A stretch of 63,456 bases of DNA, counting the filler, from Bonamia ostreae (taxonomy: Eukaryota): NCBI GenBank assembly GCA_040357525.1. It is 39 parts of 39 records of this genome, joined end to end, with 100 filler letters (N's around TTAATTAATTAA, not from the genome) between each part and the next. Parts side by side here need not be neighbours in the genome. Positions count along the whole stretch, not along the records: positions 1 to 1,543 come from JBDODL010001647.1; positions 1,644 to 3,185 come from JBDODL010001648.1; positions 3,286 to 4,825 come from JBDODL010001649.1; positions 4,926 to 6,465 come from JBDODL010001650.1; positions 6,566 to 8,103 come from JBDODL010001651.1; positions 8,204 to 9,741 come from JBDODL010001652.1; 33 more parts are not named here. One strand, given 5' to 3'. This document shows positions 1-9,741 of this stretch, piece by piece. A program made the position numbers and the translations under genes. The notes beneath the pieces were generated by a model. It saw nothing but the letters and a program-made list of their open reading frames with translations. It did not search any database and was not told where the DNA came from. Position 1 is the stretch's first letter, and each line of letters opens with the position of its first letter.

Positions 1-88
1 AAGACAACAAAAGTGAATTAAAACTTCACGAACAAGGTATTGAAACGCTAGGGCGTGCGGCAAGATACGCAGATAACAAGGAGGCTAA

Positions 89-358
89 ATGAACGAAGAA
101 AAAATAGTAATGATCCCACTTGTAGCACACGAAAACGCTATGGCAAGAGAGGGCAAAAAGCTAGTAGCTGTAATAATTGCATTTGCCGTTGTATGTTCTC
201 TATTGATTGGATACATAGCGTTTGACAGGCACAAGGATTCACAATCAGAGTTTGAAACAATCGAATATACAGCCGAAAGCAACGACTCAGGTCATGCTGT
301 AGCTTCTGGGGAAGGGGATGTAAATATTAATGGCGAGAGCGACATACAAGAAAACTAA
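89..358 (+). CDS. Phage hypothetical protein with one transmembrane helix (89 aa)
   Basis: AAGGAGG RBS at 78-84. ATG overlaps the TGA of an upstream partial ORF. Hydrophobic segment LVAVIIAFAVVCSLLIGYIAF followed by an acidic tail. Confidence 0.75.
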   Translation: MNEEKIVMIPLVAHENAMAREGKKLVAVIIAFAVVCSLLIGYIAFDRHKDSQSEFETIEYTAESNDSGHAVASGEGDVNINGESDIQEN

Positions 359-401
359 GAAAACAGGCACACGCAAAAGACGTGTAAGGCGTAGACGATG
401 A
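330..401 (+). CDS. Unannotated 23-aa Arg/Lys-rich peptide MARATYKKTKKTGTRKRRVRRRR
   Basis: Purine-rich RBS GGGGAAGGGGA at 308-318. ATG at 330. Stop TGA (399-401) overlaps the next ATG (398), indicating translational coupling. Confidence 0.6.
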   Translation: MARATYKKTKKTGTRKRRVRRRR

Positions 402-619
402 ACGCCAAAAACAAAACCAAACGGCAAGATGTAAAAAACATTCAGACGTTATCTGAATACAAGCAGTATCGTGATAGTCTCAAGCTCACAGACGAGCAAA
501 AAGAACTCATGGACATGGTATTTGTCAGGGGTTGGAGCTACAATATGATAGCTGATACAATCGGATGCGCTGAGTGCACAGTAAAACGCAAGATGCGCAA
601 AATACTAGATTTGCTATAA
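398..619 (+). CDS. Sigma-70 region 4-like HTH protein (phage regulator-like), 73 aa
   Basis: LTDEQKELMDMVFVRGWSYNMIADTIGCAECTVKRKMRKIL fits the sigma region 4/LuxR-type HTH pattern. Confidence 0.75.
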   Translation: MNAKNKTKRQDVKNIQTLSEYKQYRDSLKLTDEQKELMDMVFVRGWSYNMIADTIGCAECTVKRKMRKILDLL

Positions 620-623
620 AAAG

Positions 624-651
624 AACCGCTCACTTAATTGTGGGCGGTTTT
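624..651 (+). terminator. Intrinsic terminator after the HTH ORF
   Basis: AACCGCTCAC-TTAATT-GTGGGCGGTT followed by a T tract. The stem needs a U:G pair that forms only on the + strand. Confidence 0.7.
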
Positions 652-667
652 ACTATATTACAACAAA

Positions 668-698
668 TAAAAATGCCCCATGCTAAAAAACATGAGGC
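668..698 (-). terminator. Intrinsic terminator, minus strand
   Basis: GCCUCAUG-UUUUUUAG-CAUGGGGC-AUUUUU. The 8-bp stem has a U:G wobble that is valid only on the minus strand. Confidence 0.6.
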
Positions 699-744
699 TA
701 AATATAGAAAGAAGGAGGAGAAAAACTATGAAACAAAAAACTTT
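668..744 (-). ncRNA. Candidate ~77-nt sRNA exposing an anti-Shine-Dalgarno and anti-start-codon sequence
   Basis: Bounded by a minus-strand sigma70 promoter (751-778) and a minus-strand terminator (668-698). The body reads UUUCAUAGUUUUUCUCCUCCUUCUUUCU. Confidence 0.5.
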
Positions 745-750
745 ATATTT

Positions 751-778
751 ATAATATCACAATGAAATTAAAAGTCAA
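751..778 (-). promoter_or_regulatory. Sigma70/SigA-type promoter, minus strand
   Basis: TTGACT (778-773), 16-nt spacer, extended -10 TG-A-TATTAT (759-751). Confidence 0.55.
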
Positions 779-850
779 TACTTTTATGACCTTTTTTTAA
801 GACAATCACAAAATAATATTATATATAATGATAAGAAAGGGGTGGTCTGA

Positions 851-1015
851 ATGTCAGCGATGGAAAGCCTTTTAATTTTTGGCGTTGAACCAAAAAAGGC
901 GCAAGAAATAACACGGACGTGCGATTGCCAAAAATTAGAATGTTGGCTTTGCAATGCTCCGATTTTACAAGTTATACGTGATATGATTGAAAAGGGGTGG
1001 CTTAATGGACAATAA
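851..1015 (+). CDS. Small phage protein (54 aa) with a CxCx4Cx2C cluster
   Basis: RBS AAAGGGGTGG at 836-845. MSAMESLLIFGVEPKKAQEITRTCDCQKLECWLCNAPILQVIRDMIEKGWLNGQ. Below the ORF-track length cut-off. Confidence 0.55.
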   Translation: MSAMESLLIFGVEPKKAQEITRTCDCQKLECWLCNAPILQVIRDMIEKGWLNGQ

Positions 1016-1118
1016 GCAACTACTCGAAATTATATTGAAGTGTAAAAGTGTACCAATGATAGATGTAATTAAGGTGCTAAATGCTGTGAAGGAGGTGGTA
1101 CTAGATGAGAACAATTAA
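1005..1118 (+). CDS. Small phage protein (37 aa)
   Basis: Same RBS AAAGGGGTGG at 991-1000. MDNKQLLEIILKCKSVPMIDVIKVLNAVKEVVLDENN. Overlaps both neighbouring ORFs. Confidence 0.55.
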   Translation: MDNKQLLEIILKCKSVPMIDVIKVLNAVKEVVLDENN

Positions 1119-1543
1119 AATTGAACTCGATACCGCAAGGCAAGATGAGCGAATCGAAGTAGACGGCATACTGCAAGGCAATCAAAACGTTGAATTTGAG
1201 GTTAGGTTAGCCGAGGATGGTGAACCGATAGCAATTGCAGATATTAAAAAGCCGAAGATTATTTGGCGTTACACGCGAATTGGAGTAGCTACTACACTTG
1301 CAGAAGGTTCTACAGGTTATAATATCACAATTTCAAATAACGTTATAACGATTCCTGCTAATGAGCTTATTGTTCACGAGTGGGGAGATATACGCATGAC
1401 TATACTACTTGATGATATTTATTCCTATTCGTGCATTTACTCGGTAGACGAAAATAAAAACTATCCTGCACCACCTATTATCCCATCTACAACGGTAGAC
1501 TATGCTAAAAGTGACTTGTCTAACGTTCCCGGTGTATCATCCG
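1105..1543 (+). CDS. BppU-like (upper baseplate/tail fibre) N-terminal protein, 3' partial
   Basis: RBS GAAGGAGGT. ILQGNQNVEFEVRLAEDGEPI resembles the BppU N-terminal pattern. YAKSDLSNV resembles a motif common in phage tail-fibre proteins. Confidence 0.55.
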
Positions 1544-1643
1544 NNNNNNNNNNNNNNNNNNNNNNNNNNNNNNNNNNNNNNNNNNNNTTAATTAATTAAN
1601 NNNNNNNNNNNNNNNNNNNNNNNNNNNNNNNNNNNNNNNNNNN
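1544..1643. other. Artificial contig linker N44-TTAATTAATTAA-N44 (first of 38 copies)
   Basis: An identical 100-nt spacer recurs every ~1.62-1.64 kb. TTAATTAATTAA gives stops in all six frames. Contig lengths between linkers fall steadily from 1543 to 1515 nt. Confidence 0.98.
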
Positions 1644-1822
1644 GATGAAATAGATTTTTTTTGTAATAATTGTTTTTTCGATGAAATAGATTTTTTTTTG
1701 TGAAAATTATTTTAACGATGAAAAGATTATTTTTTGATAATTATTTTTCGACAAAATAGATTATTTTTTGTTATAATTTTATAAAAATTCATTTTGTGAT
1801 AACGCAGAAATGAAGAAAAAAC

Positions 1823-2247
1823 TTTGATCGGCGTTTGCTGGAAATAGAGAAAAAATGTTTTAAATTCGGTGAGACTGACCGATTGCTCGTGTTCGACGTT
1901 CAAAGCGAATTCAGACAAAACGTCGTGGATCGCTGATTCCGGCACGACCGGAGCCAAATCGCACGATCTCAAAATGTCTACGTTAGACAAAATTTAGAAA
2001 TGCCAAAAATCGGAAAAATTTCGAATTTGAATGAACCGAAAAGAAGAGATATCAGTTCAGTCGCCGTTAGATTTTTAGAGTTTACGGAGTATCGAAGGAA
2101 AATCTCTTTCATTGCGGCGTCAGTCATTTTTTCGTTTTGGCAGTGCTTTAACAAGTCGACGTTGCTGAACGATTTTAGTCTTTTTGTTTTGTCTTCCGCG
2201 ACTTTTTGTTCGGCGTCCTGAGCGTTTAAGCTTTTGTTTTTGTTCAT
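1823..2247 (-). CDS. Protist protein, possibly a degenerate EF-hand pair; 3' partial
   Basis: Two ORFs are joined by the 59-nt intron 1978-2036 (GTTCA...CTAACGTAG), giving ...LLF/DILRSC... Segments KEIFLRYSVNSKNLTATELISL and SVSLTEFKTF are EF-hand-like. Confidence 0.5.
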
Positions 2248-2546
2248 ATTAAAAGTTTAGGATGTCGAATATAATATAAATTCGCCGTTTTATGGTCGTG
2301 TTGTTAGTGCTGTTGAATAACTGAATATTTTCGCATTTTTTTGTTTTTTGCTTTACTTTTATGAACGGAATGTTAAGATTTTAAAGCTTGTTTTATTTTG
2401 TTGAAATGTTAATATTTAAGAAATTTTAATTAATATTTTTAATTCCACAATTAATTAAAAGTTCAATCGATATTAATTATTTTATAAAGATTCCATATAA
2501 CATTTTAAGCTTCGCAAGCTTTAAATATTATATGTTAATTCGGTAA

Positions 2547-3061
2547 ATGCAAAACAGCAATCCGCTCATCAAAAATCTCTTAAACGCGCCCAAACGCCAA
2601 TACAAACATATTCCGCAAATCGAAACGAAGCGAGAACCGATCGACGCTCTCGAAATTTTCGGTTCGAAAATTGACTAAAGACCTTCTAAGACACATCGCC
2701 GACCCGGAACATCCGCTCACGCTCGAACAACTCGGCGTCGCTTCGTTGGACGGCGTTGTCGTGGATGACGAGGCTTCCAGAGTAGAAGTAAAGTTCACGC
2801 CGACGATCCCGCACTGCAGCATGGCGACTTTGATCGGATTGTGCATCCGAGTAAAGTTGCTGAGGTGTTTGCCGAAGAGGTTTAAGGTTCGGTTGGCTGT
2901 CACGCCCGGATCGCATAGTTCCGAAACTAGTCGTTTTATTGATTGACAGAAAAGTGAACAAACAGTTGAACGACAAAGAAAGAGTTGCGGCCGCGTTGGA
3001 GAATGGGAGGATCGTTACAGTTGTAAACAGGTGTCTTGAGAACTCGGATCCTTATTTTTAA
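2547..3061 (+). CDS. CIAO2B: Cytosolic Fe-S assembly component CIAO2B/MIP18/FAM96B (Cia2), 3 exons
   Basis: Removing introns 2662-2680 (19 nt) and 2933-2954 (22 nt) gives MQNSNP...[21 protein letters not shown]...[22 protein letters not shown]...[18 protein letters not shown], the family signature. Confidence 0.93.
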
Positions 3062-3093
3062 TAAATTTTTGAGATCTTTTTTTTGTAATTTTT

Positions 3094-3185
3094 TTTTGGA
3101 AAATTTAATGGACAAAAAAAGCGATTTTGGTTTTGGAAAATTTAATGGACAAAAAAAGCGATTTTGGTTTTGGAAAATTTAATGG
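3094..3185. repeat. ~37-bp AT-rich tandem repeat at the contig end
   Basis: TTTTGGAAAATTTAATGGACAAAAAAAGCGATTTTGG repeated about 2.5 times. Confidence 0.85.
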
Positions 3186-4984
3186 NNNNNNNNNNNNNNN
3201 NNNNNNNNNNNNNNNNNNNNNNNNNNNNNTTAATTAATTAANNNNNNNNNNNNNNNNNNNNNNNNNNNNNNNNNNNNNNNNNNNNGTCACTTTCAGAAAC
3301 GATAAAAATCAGATGGCAATGTATAACATTCACACTATCTGCTTTTCTTATTTGATAGATATTTAGAATAAGAAATAAAAAAAACATAAGTTTGTTGAAG
3401 TTCTTGGTGGTAACGTGGTGAGAAATCATCCTATGGTTGTCATGGCAACAACTTCCCAACACACTTACGTTATTTGCATGTGGATAATCATATTCCCTAC
3501 ATTCCCTACATTTTACGTTATTGTTGCAACCATATTGATATAAAGTGTCCAGTGTCTTGACCCAGTAATCTCGTTGTCTACGAAAGGGTGTATTTAATGG
3601 GTTGTTGGTACGATAGTGAATGTTTAAATTTGTGATATTTCGCCTACAGCTGGTGACTTGGCAATATCAGTTAGCTATTCTCGAATTCTCGTGCATTCTC
3701 ATTTGATTAAAATGAATGGAAAATGATAGAAATTTTAAAACTATACCTTCAAATTGAACAAGCAGTCTATATTTTTTCCATCCAGCTGTACTGAAAAAGT
3801 GAAGATAGCGACCAGTATTCTAGACAACATGTATCAAATTGAGCAATTAGATAATTTGTTCATACTCCATATGTCATATGGTAATATACTGATTGGCTCG
3901 ATTTCTTTATCAGTTCAACTGGGTTTCAGTGATTCAGATAGACGGGGCCTAATCTTAGTTCATATTTATATATATAACAAATAATGTTGAGTTTATGAAA
4001 TGGAGTGGCGTGATATTTCGTCTGATTGCAATCATTATTGAATGAAAAGCGAATATATCAATCTCATAAATCCTATAAGCAATTTAATAAAGATAACCCT
4101 AACCCTGACACATAGATTTTCAAATTTGCTAAAACATAAGTACAAACAAAACATTTTACATAAGAAAAATATGTACAAAAATCTAACACTGACTCTCCAA
4201 GCGTATATACACCGTCTTCATCGTTTTAAACTTGCTAAGCATTGTTTTCTAGGGAGTGAATATGGATACGTCCTATTCGCCCAATGGGTTAATCCACAAA
4301 GCGCGAAGAAACGTGATTAGTTTCCAAGGATGATCAGTTAGTGTAATCAGCGCAAAAATCAAATTCTACCTGGTGGAATTCCTTATTAAGCACCATGAAA
4401 ACATCTCATATGGCCAAAGAGACAAAAGAAAGTATACTGTATTGAAATCGGTTGNNNNNNNNNNGGTTGTGATTTGACAGGTCATACGATTTCTGTTAGT
4501 ATTCTTTGTTTACTGTGTGTTTAAAATCATCATAACTTATAAAAAAAATATAAAGCAAATGCCTGTGGGTATCACCCCTTTTCGCCGGCTTTGACATTTT
4601 TTGACCCCCTTCTCTAACCCATTGTGAACATATGCTGTAAAAATACTGCACACGAATTGAATCATAATTGAACCTTTCCAATTACATTGCGTTTTACAGG
4701 CTGCCACCATAATAAACATTTTTATTGACCTTATCAATGAAAGGGAAGTTTTCACCCTACTCGAAAACAAGGTTGAGAGAGATGAAATGATTTTTTCAAC
4801 AATTTCACCTCAATCTAATTAAAATNNNNNNNNNNNNNNNNNNNNNNNNNNNNNNNNNNNNNNNNNNNNTTAATTAATTAANNNNNNNNNNNNNNNNNNN
4901 NNNNNNNNNNNNNNNNNNNNNNNNNCATTTGCTTCATTAATTAAAATCGGCAAAACAAATTTATCATCTTAAAAATTACCGAAA

Positions 4985-6294
4985 ATGCTTTTCAAAATTA
5001 CTATTTTATTATTTCAAATCAAATCGATTCACTCTTTGTGGAACTATTGCAGCCACGTGAAGATAGATGCCTCGAGTGTTTTTATGTACGGAGACACAGA
5101 GATTGCTTGGACTGGAAAGAACATTACTGTTTTTGCCGACGTAAAGGTTTCAATATTTTATGCAAAACTTATCGACAGGACAGTTGTGGAGACCTGTTTC
5201 ACACAACGAAAAACCTCACTGATATGATAGATTTAAGAGTATCATTAAGAATGAAAAATAACGACACCGTCAAACCTTTGGAAATAGTCCAGAACAACCT
5301 CGGCACAATGAAATTTGTCTTCAATGTTGAGAAAATAGGTGTTTGGGAACTTGAAACCCTCTCCGAAACCTCCAAAATATTAAAACACCCTTTCTTGTCG
5401 GACAAGGTATACGTCTTTTCTTCTGAAACAAGCGGGGACAAATCGGTGTTTAGTCATTACGGCCACAAACTGAATTCGAAAGCGATTAAACTAAGCCCGT
5501 CTTCGAGTTTTGGCGGCACTACATTAAATCTGACCCTAAGAGACGAGTTTGGCAACAGAATATTCGAGGATAGATGCAATAAACTGAGAATGGAGCCAAA
5601 CGATTTTATTAATTTCAAGACAAATTCCATCAAGAGCGGGAACCATTCCTTGGTCTGCGGGATCTTTTTATCGGGGACAGTTTCCAAAAAACACAAGATA
5701 CAACTGTACACCACTGACATAGAGGGCAACATTTTGCGGTTCTCCCCGTTCTTTGTTTACATCGAAGCGGGCGATTTGCACCCCGAAAAGGTTTCTATGG
5801 ATTTGGAAGAACACGAAATGGCTTACGTCGATATCTACTTAGATCCCAGAGACCGTTACGGAAACAAGTACAAGAAACTGATGTCCAAAAAGATCTCCAT
5901 CGAGGAAACCTGCGACGCTTCAAACTTTACAGAGAAAACCCCCATTTTGAATTTTCGCGAAGTCGGCGGATACAAAGTTCGCCATTTTCTGCAATTCCCA
6001 GCAATATCTTGTCGCGTTAGATTGATCAACCTAATTATCGCGGATAAAGAAAACGGAGAAGACATTGTATCGAAAAGATGGCAACTCGGAAAAGAAAATT
6101 TTGCTAAAGCATACTTTTACAGAACATTTATCGAAGCCTCCCTCAAAGAGGAGCTTTTGTTAGTTCGAAAGTCTATTGTGTTGGAAACGGAAATTGATGA
6201 AGAGACATTGGTTGAATTTTTTATTTTTAAGAAAGATGAGCTGTCGCATCGGAAAAGCATAGCTGAGAGTTTGGGAGTCGATTGGAGCAACTGA
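4985..6294 (+). CDS. Secreted/surface protein with filamin-type Ig-like repeats (GEX2-like architecture)
   Basis: Signal-peptide-like MLFKITILLFQIKSIHS. Intron 5147-5178 (32 nt) joins this exon to the 418-aa ORF. Repeats ITVFADVKDSCGD, LNLTLRDEFGN, IQLYTTDIEGN and IYLDPRDRYGN match the filamin-repeat D..GN turn. Confidence 0.6.
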
Positions 6295-8242
6295 AGAATT
6301 TACTTTACATATTTTTTAATTTGCAAACGGAGCTATAATTTTTTCAATGACATGTTCATAATCTCATATTGAGGCACAATGCATTTTTTCTTCTTGATTG
6401 AGAAAACTTTATCTTCTATAAACTATTTCCATTTTTTATGCCATAATCCGTTTTTAAAATATAATNNNNNNNNNNNNNNNNNNNNNNNNNNNNNNNNNNN
6501 NNNNNNNNNTTAATTAATTAANNNNNNNNNNNNNNNNNNNNNNNNNNNNNNNNNNNNNNNNNNNNGAGGTATGCATTTCAGGCATTTATCCCTCTTACTT
6601 GATGATCAATTATTAAGTAATCCATTTCCTATAAAGTTTAATATTTTCTCATGGTTAATGTTAAGGCTGTTCAATAAACAAGATGCTTGATTATTCTAAC
6701 GGATACGCAGTGTAAAAAACTTAAGTGATATTTGATGTTTTATCTGTGCAATTCGTTAAAACTACAGACAACAATCCAAGTTAAGAAGATTGAAAGATAA
6801 TCTTTAATACCAAGTCTTAGTGATAGCCGGTAATATATGATCCACGGCAGCTGGCTTATTTGACCATCATTCAAATATTTATCAAACGGGTATCGGGAAA
6901 AGAAAATACATGTACATTATTATCTACAATCTGACAAAACCAGACCGCCATGAGTGTTCATTGATACCTTAAAGTTCTAATGTTTTTGTTTACATCTCAT
7001 CTCCGTCGGATGTCTTCATTGATAATTCATTGTAGATGTGTAGAGTGGCCTGATACTTTTACAATCCTTATTTGCTAACTTACATTTGTAAGCATCTGTT
7101 GACACATACACAAACGGGCACTGTGAACATGGTACTGGCGTGGTGTAATGCTCTTGTATCAATGCTCCCAATTCGTTAAACTCAGCACAGGCACCACCTA
7201 TTGAAAAGAGAATAAGATGTTAGCTTGTAATGTAACAACCATAGTCCTCACTTTAACACGTTATTTAAGGGCACATCATTCCAAATAGAAGTTTGTAAAA
7301 CTATTTGTAAATGCTTTAATGTTTTTAAAAAAAACTAATATTTACCATACAATGTTCCAATGAAACCGTGTTTCTAGCATTATTCACAAACTTTATCTAA
7401 AATTCAATGCCATAGTTTGTGGTGTACAGTGTTAGCGCTATATCATTGTTACTCCATCTGTCAATCTAGTTTCTTTACATCAGTAATACTGAAGCTCATG
7501 TGCTATTTTTTTCACATACTTAATTAATAACTTGTACAACACCCTCGTGCATTTTTTTTAATTGAATAACCTCGCATACTTTGATAAATTTTGAATTCAT
7601 AACTTTTAGTGATATTTTAGTTATTTGCATTCTCTGTGCAGCGATCCGTGACTAATAACCGTATCAAATAATTTACACCATTACTCACTATTATAGAGGA
7701 GTTGTGACTACATTTTTTATACACGACTTTGGACCATTAACCATACGATGTACTTTGCACCATGTTTCCACTCCTACAATGAACCTACACCGCGATTTTT
7801 CGTACTCGACTTTGAACCATTAACCGTCCGAAGTATTTTCACCCTTCATTACTTTCATATAGGATTCGTGCAACGACTTTTCTTACATGACTTTGTACCA
7901 AATAGTTGTACAATATATTTTGCACGTGCGACTACCTCCAAACAGACAGGTGTCCTGGGAGTTCACGCACGCGAGGAGAAACCAAAGCGGAACGCAAGTT
8001 CAATGGGAACATTATCATCATAGGTTGTGGTACTAGTAGAAACAGGTATCTACATATGTATGTAATCAGCAGCAAGGTGCGAACCTAAATAACATCTTGC
8101 AAANNNNNNNNNNNNNNNNNNNNNNNNNNNNNNNNNNNNNNNNNNNNTTAATTAATTAANNNNNNNNNNNNNNNNNNNNNNNNNNNNNNNNNNNNNNNNN
8201 NNNTAATAAACAGATCGAATTGATGACATAAATTTATTTACA

Positions 8243-8648
8243 TCAAATCCATCCAATCACAAAAACAGCCATCGAAAACGAAAAAATTTCCAATTTTGAA
8301 TTGTTACTGTCTAATTTTTGTTCTTCGTTTTTACCATTCCCATAGTACTCATCGTTGCCATTTTTCAAACCAGATTTTTCATTGAAATATTTGTTTACGT
8401 CGTTTATCAATTTTGTCAAACTGATTTTATTATGCTCTTCTGGCACCATTCTTCTTGCCACATTTAGTGCCATGAGATAATAATCTCTTTCGTTTTTTGT
8501 CGATTTTATAATCTCTTGGTACATTCCATCAAAATTGCCATCTAAAAAGATTTTCTTTAAAGTTACCAATAATCTCCTTCCGAATATCTAGTCCATATTG
8601 GGACACAGCGAAGACAAGGAAAAAATGAATGTAAATGATGGCGATCAT
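8243..8648 (-). CDS. Small protist surface protein: signal peptide plus C-terminal hydrophobic tail (GPI-anchor candidate)
   Basis: MIAIIYIHFFLVFAVS leader. The 25-nt intron 8542-8566 restores the frame. Ends ...DSNNSKLEIFSFSMAVFVIGWI. Confidence 0.6.
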
Positions 8649-9270
8649 TTTTAATGAGGATTATGTTAATTTTCGAGATTTATTTATAATATTTGTGCTT
8701 TATTTTCGGTTAATATTTATAATATTTTTCCGGCTCTTAAATTGTGTAAAATAGCCGTGACGTATTTTTTTGTTTCAAGTTATTTTTTAAAATTTTTCAA
8801 TGTTTAACGATTTTAAATTTTTTATGTTTCAAGTCAATATTTGTAAATATTAATGATTTTGACTGTGTTTTTGTACAAGAAACATGGCTGAAAAAAGAAA
8901 TATTTTGAAAAATTATATTTCATTTAACTTGTTTCGTATTTTGGAGGCGGTTCTCCATTTTTACCAAGAAAAAAATTTTCTGTCAACGTAATTTTCGTAA
9001 GAAGCATATTAATTTATGCCAAAATAACTTTAATCTTAAAATGTTTTATGACCTCCATTTTCCTTCGAAAAGTAAAAAAATATTGCTTAAAAAGCAATTT
9101 TTCTGTTTTAATGAAAAGACTGCGAAATTTACAAATCCAATCACAAAATATTTTTTAGATTTTTGTAAATACGCAAATGATAACAATTATTTTAAAAACA
9201 TCCAACTAATATTTAATTACACACAAAAACCTTAAAAGATTAAAGCTCTTAAATCGAAACTTTAGCTTTA

Positions 9271-9741
9271 ATGGCGCTCGACGGGATATATGTTTTTGAC
9301 GAAAAAGAGAAAAAATACAAAAAAGATTTACGTCCAAACACAAATGTTCATTAAAATTTACAATTCCCAAAAATTCAAAGGACGTCACAAAAACACAAAA
9401 AATGAAATTTGTTCAATTTGGACTAAAACGAAATTTGCTGAAAGGAATTTATTCCGCGGAATATTTGTTCCCTTCTCCGATCCAACAAGAGGCGATTCCA
9501 GCCATTTTATCCAAACAAAACATTTTGGCGCGCGCCAAAAACGGAACCGGCAAAACAGCCGCTTACGCCATTCCCGCAATACATTTAGTCGATCCTCATA
9601 ACTCAGCTCCCCAAGTTCTGGTCATCGTTCCTTCCAGAGAACTCGCTTTACAAACGAGTTCCGTCTTTGAAAAATTGGCCAATTTTTGCCAAATCAACGT
9701 TAAAATTTTTGCAAATTAAGTCCGTTTTACAGTTTCAAGTT
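9271..9741 (+). CDS. DDX6: DEAD-box RNA helicase DDX6/Dhh1, 3' partial
   Basis: KDLRPNTN/DVT (35-nt intron 9346-9380), Q motif PSPIQQEAIP, ARAKNGTGKT (DDX6-type motif I) and motif Ia VPSRELALQTS. Confidence 0.92.

Larger units (their letters stand above)
1..1543 (+). mobile_element. Phage/prophage fragment (Firmicutes-type signals)
   Basis: Dense co-oriented short ORFs with AGGAGG or AAAGGGGTGG ribosome binding sites, ATGA overlaps, intrinsic terminators, an HTH ORF and a BppU-like ORF. No introns. Confidence 0.75.

Noticed and set aside
2580-2976. Antisense and alternate-frame ORFs over real genes (also 5199-6065, 16692-17359, 43168-43705, 46118-46567, 47465-47896)
   Set aside because: Shadow ORFs of codon-biased genes on the other strand, with no motifs of their own.
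5038-5178. Cys-rich N-terminus of the 418-aa ORF (CLECFY...HYCFC), resembling a zinc finger
   Set aside because: It is the off-frame reading of exon 1 plus the intron; the signal-peptide frame from ATG 4985 splices in at 5179.
7700-7910. Short repeated units (CGACTTTG.ACCATTAACC) with variable spacers
   Set aside because: The units are degenerate and irregular, in an animal contig with no cas genes; an old minisatellite rather than a CRISPR array.
8884-9235. Possible small gene upstream of DDX6 with a 17-nt intron at 8988-9004
   Set aside because: No recognisable homology to fix the frame, so neither the gene nor the intron can be supported.
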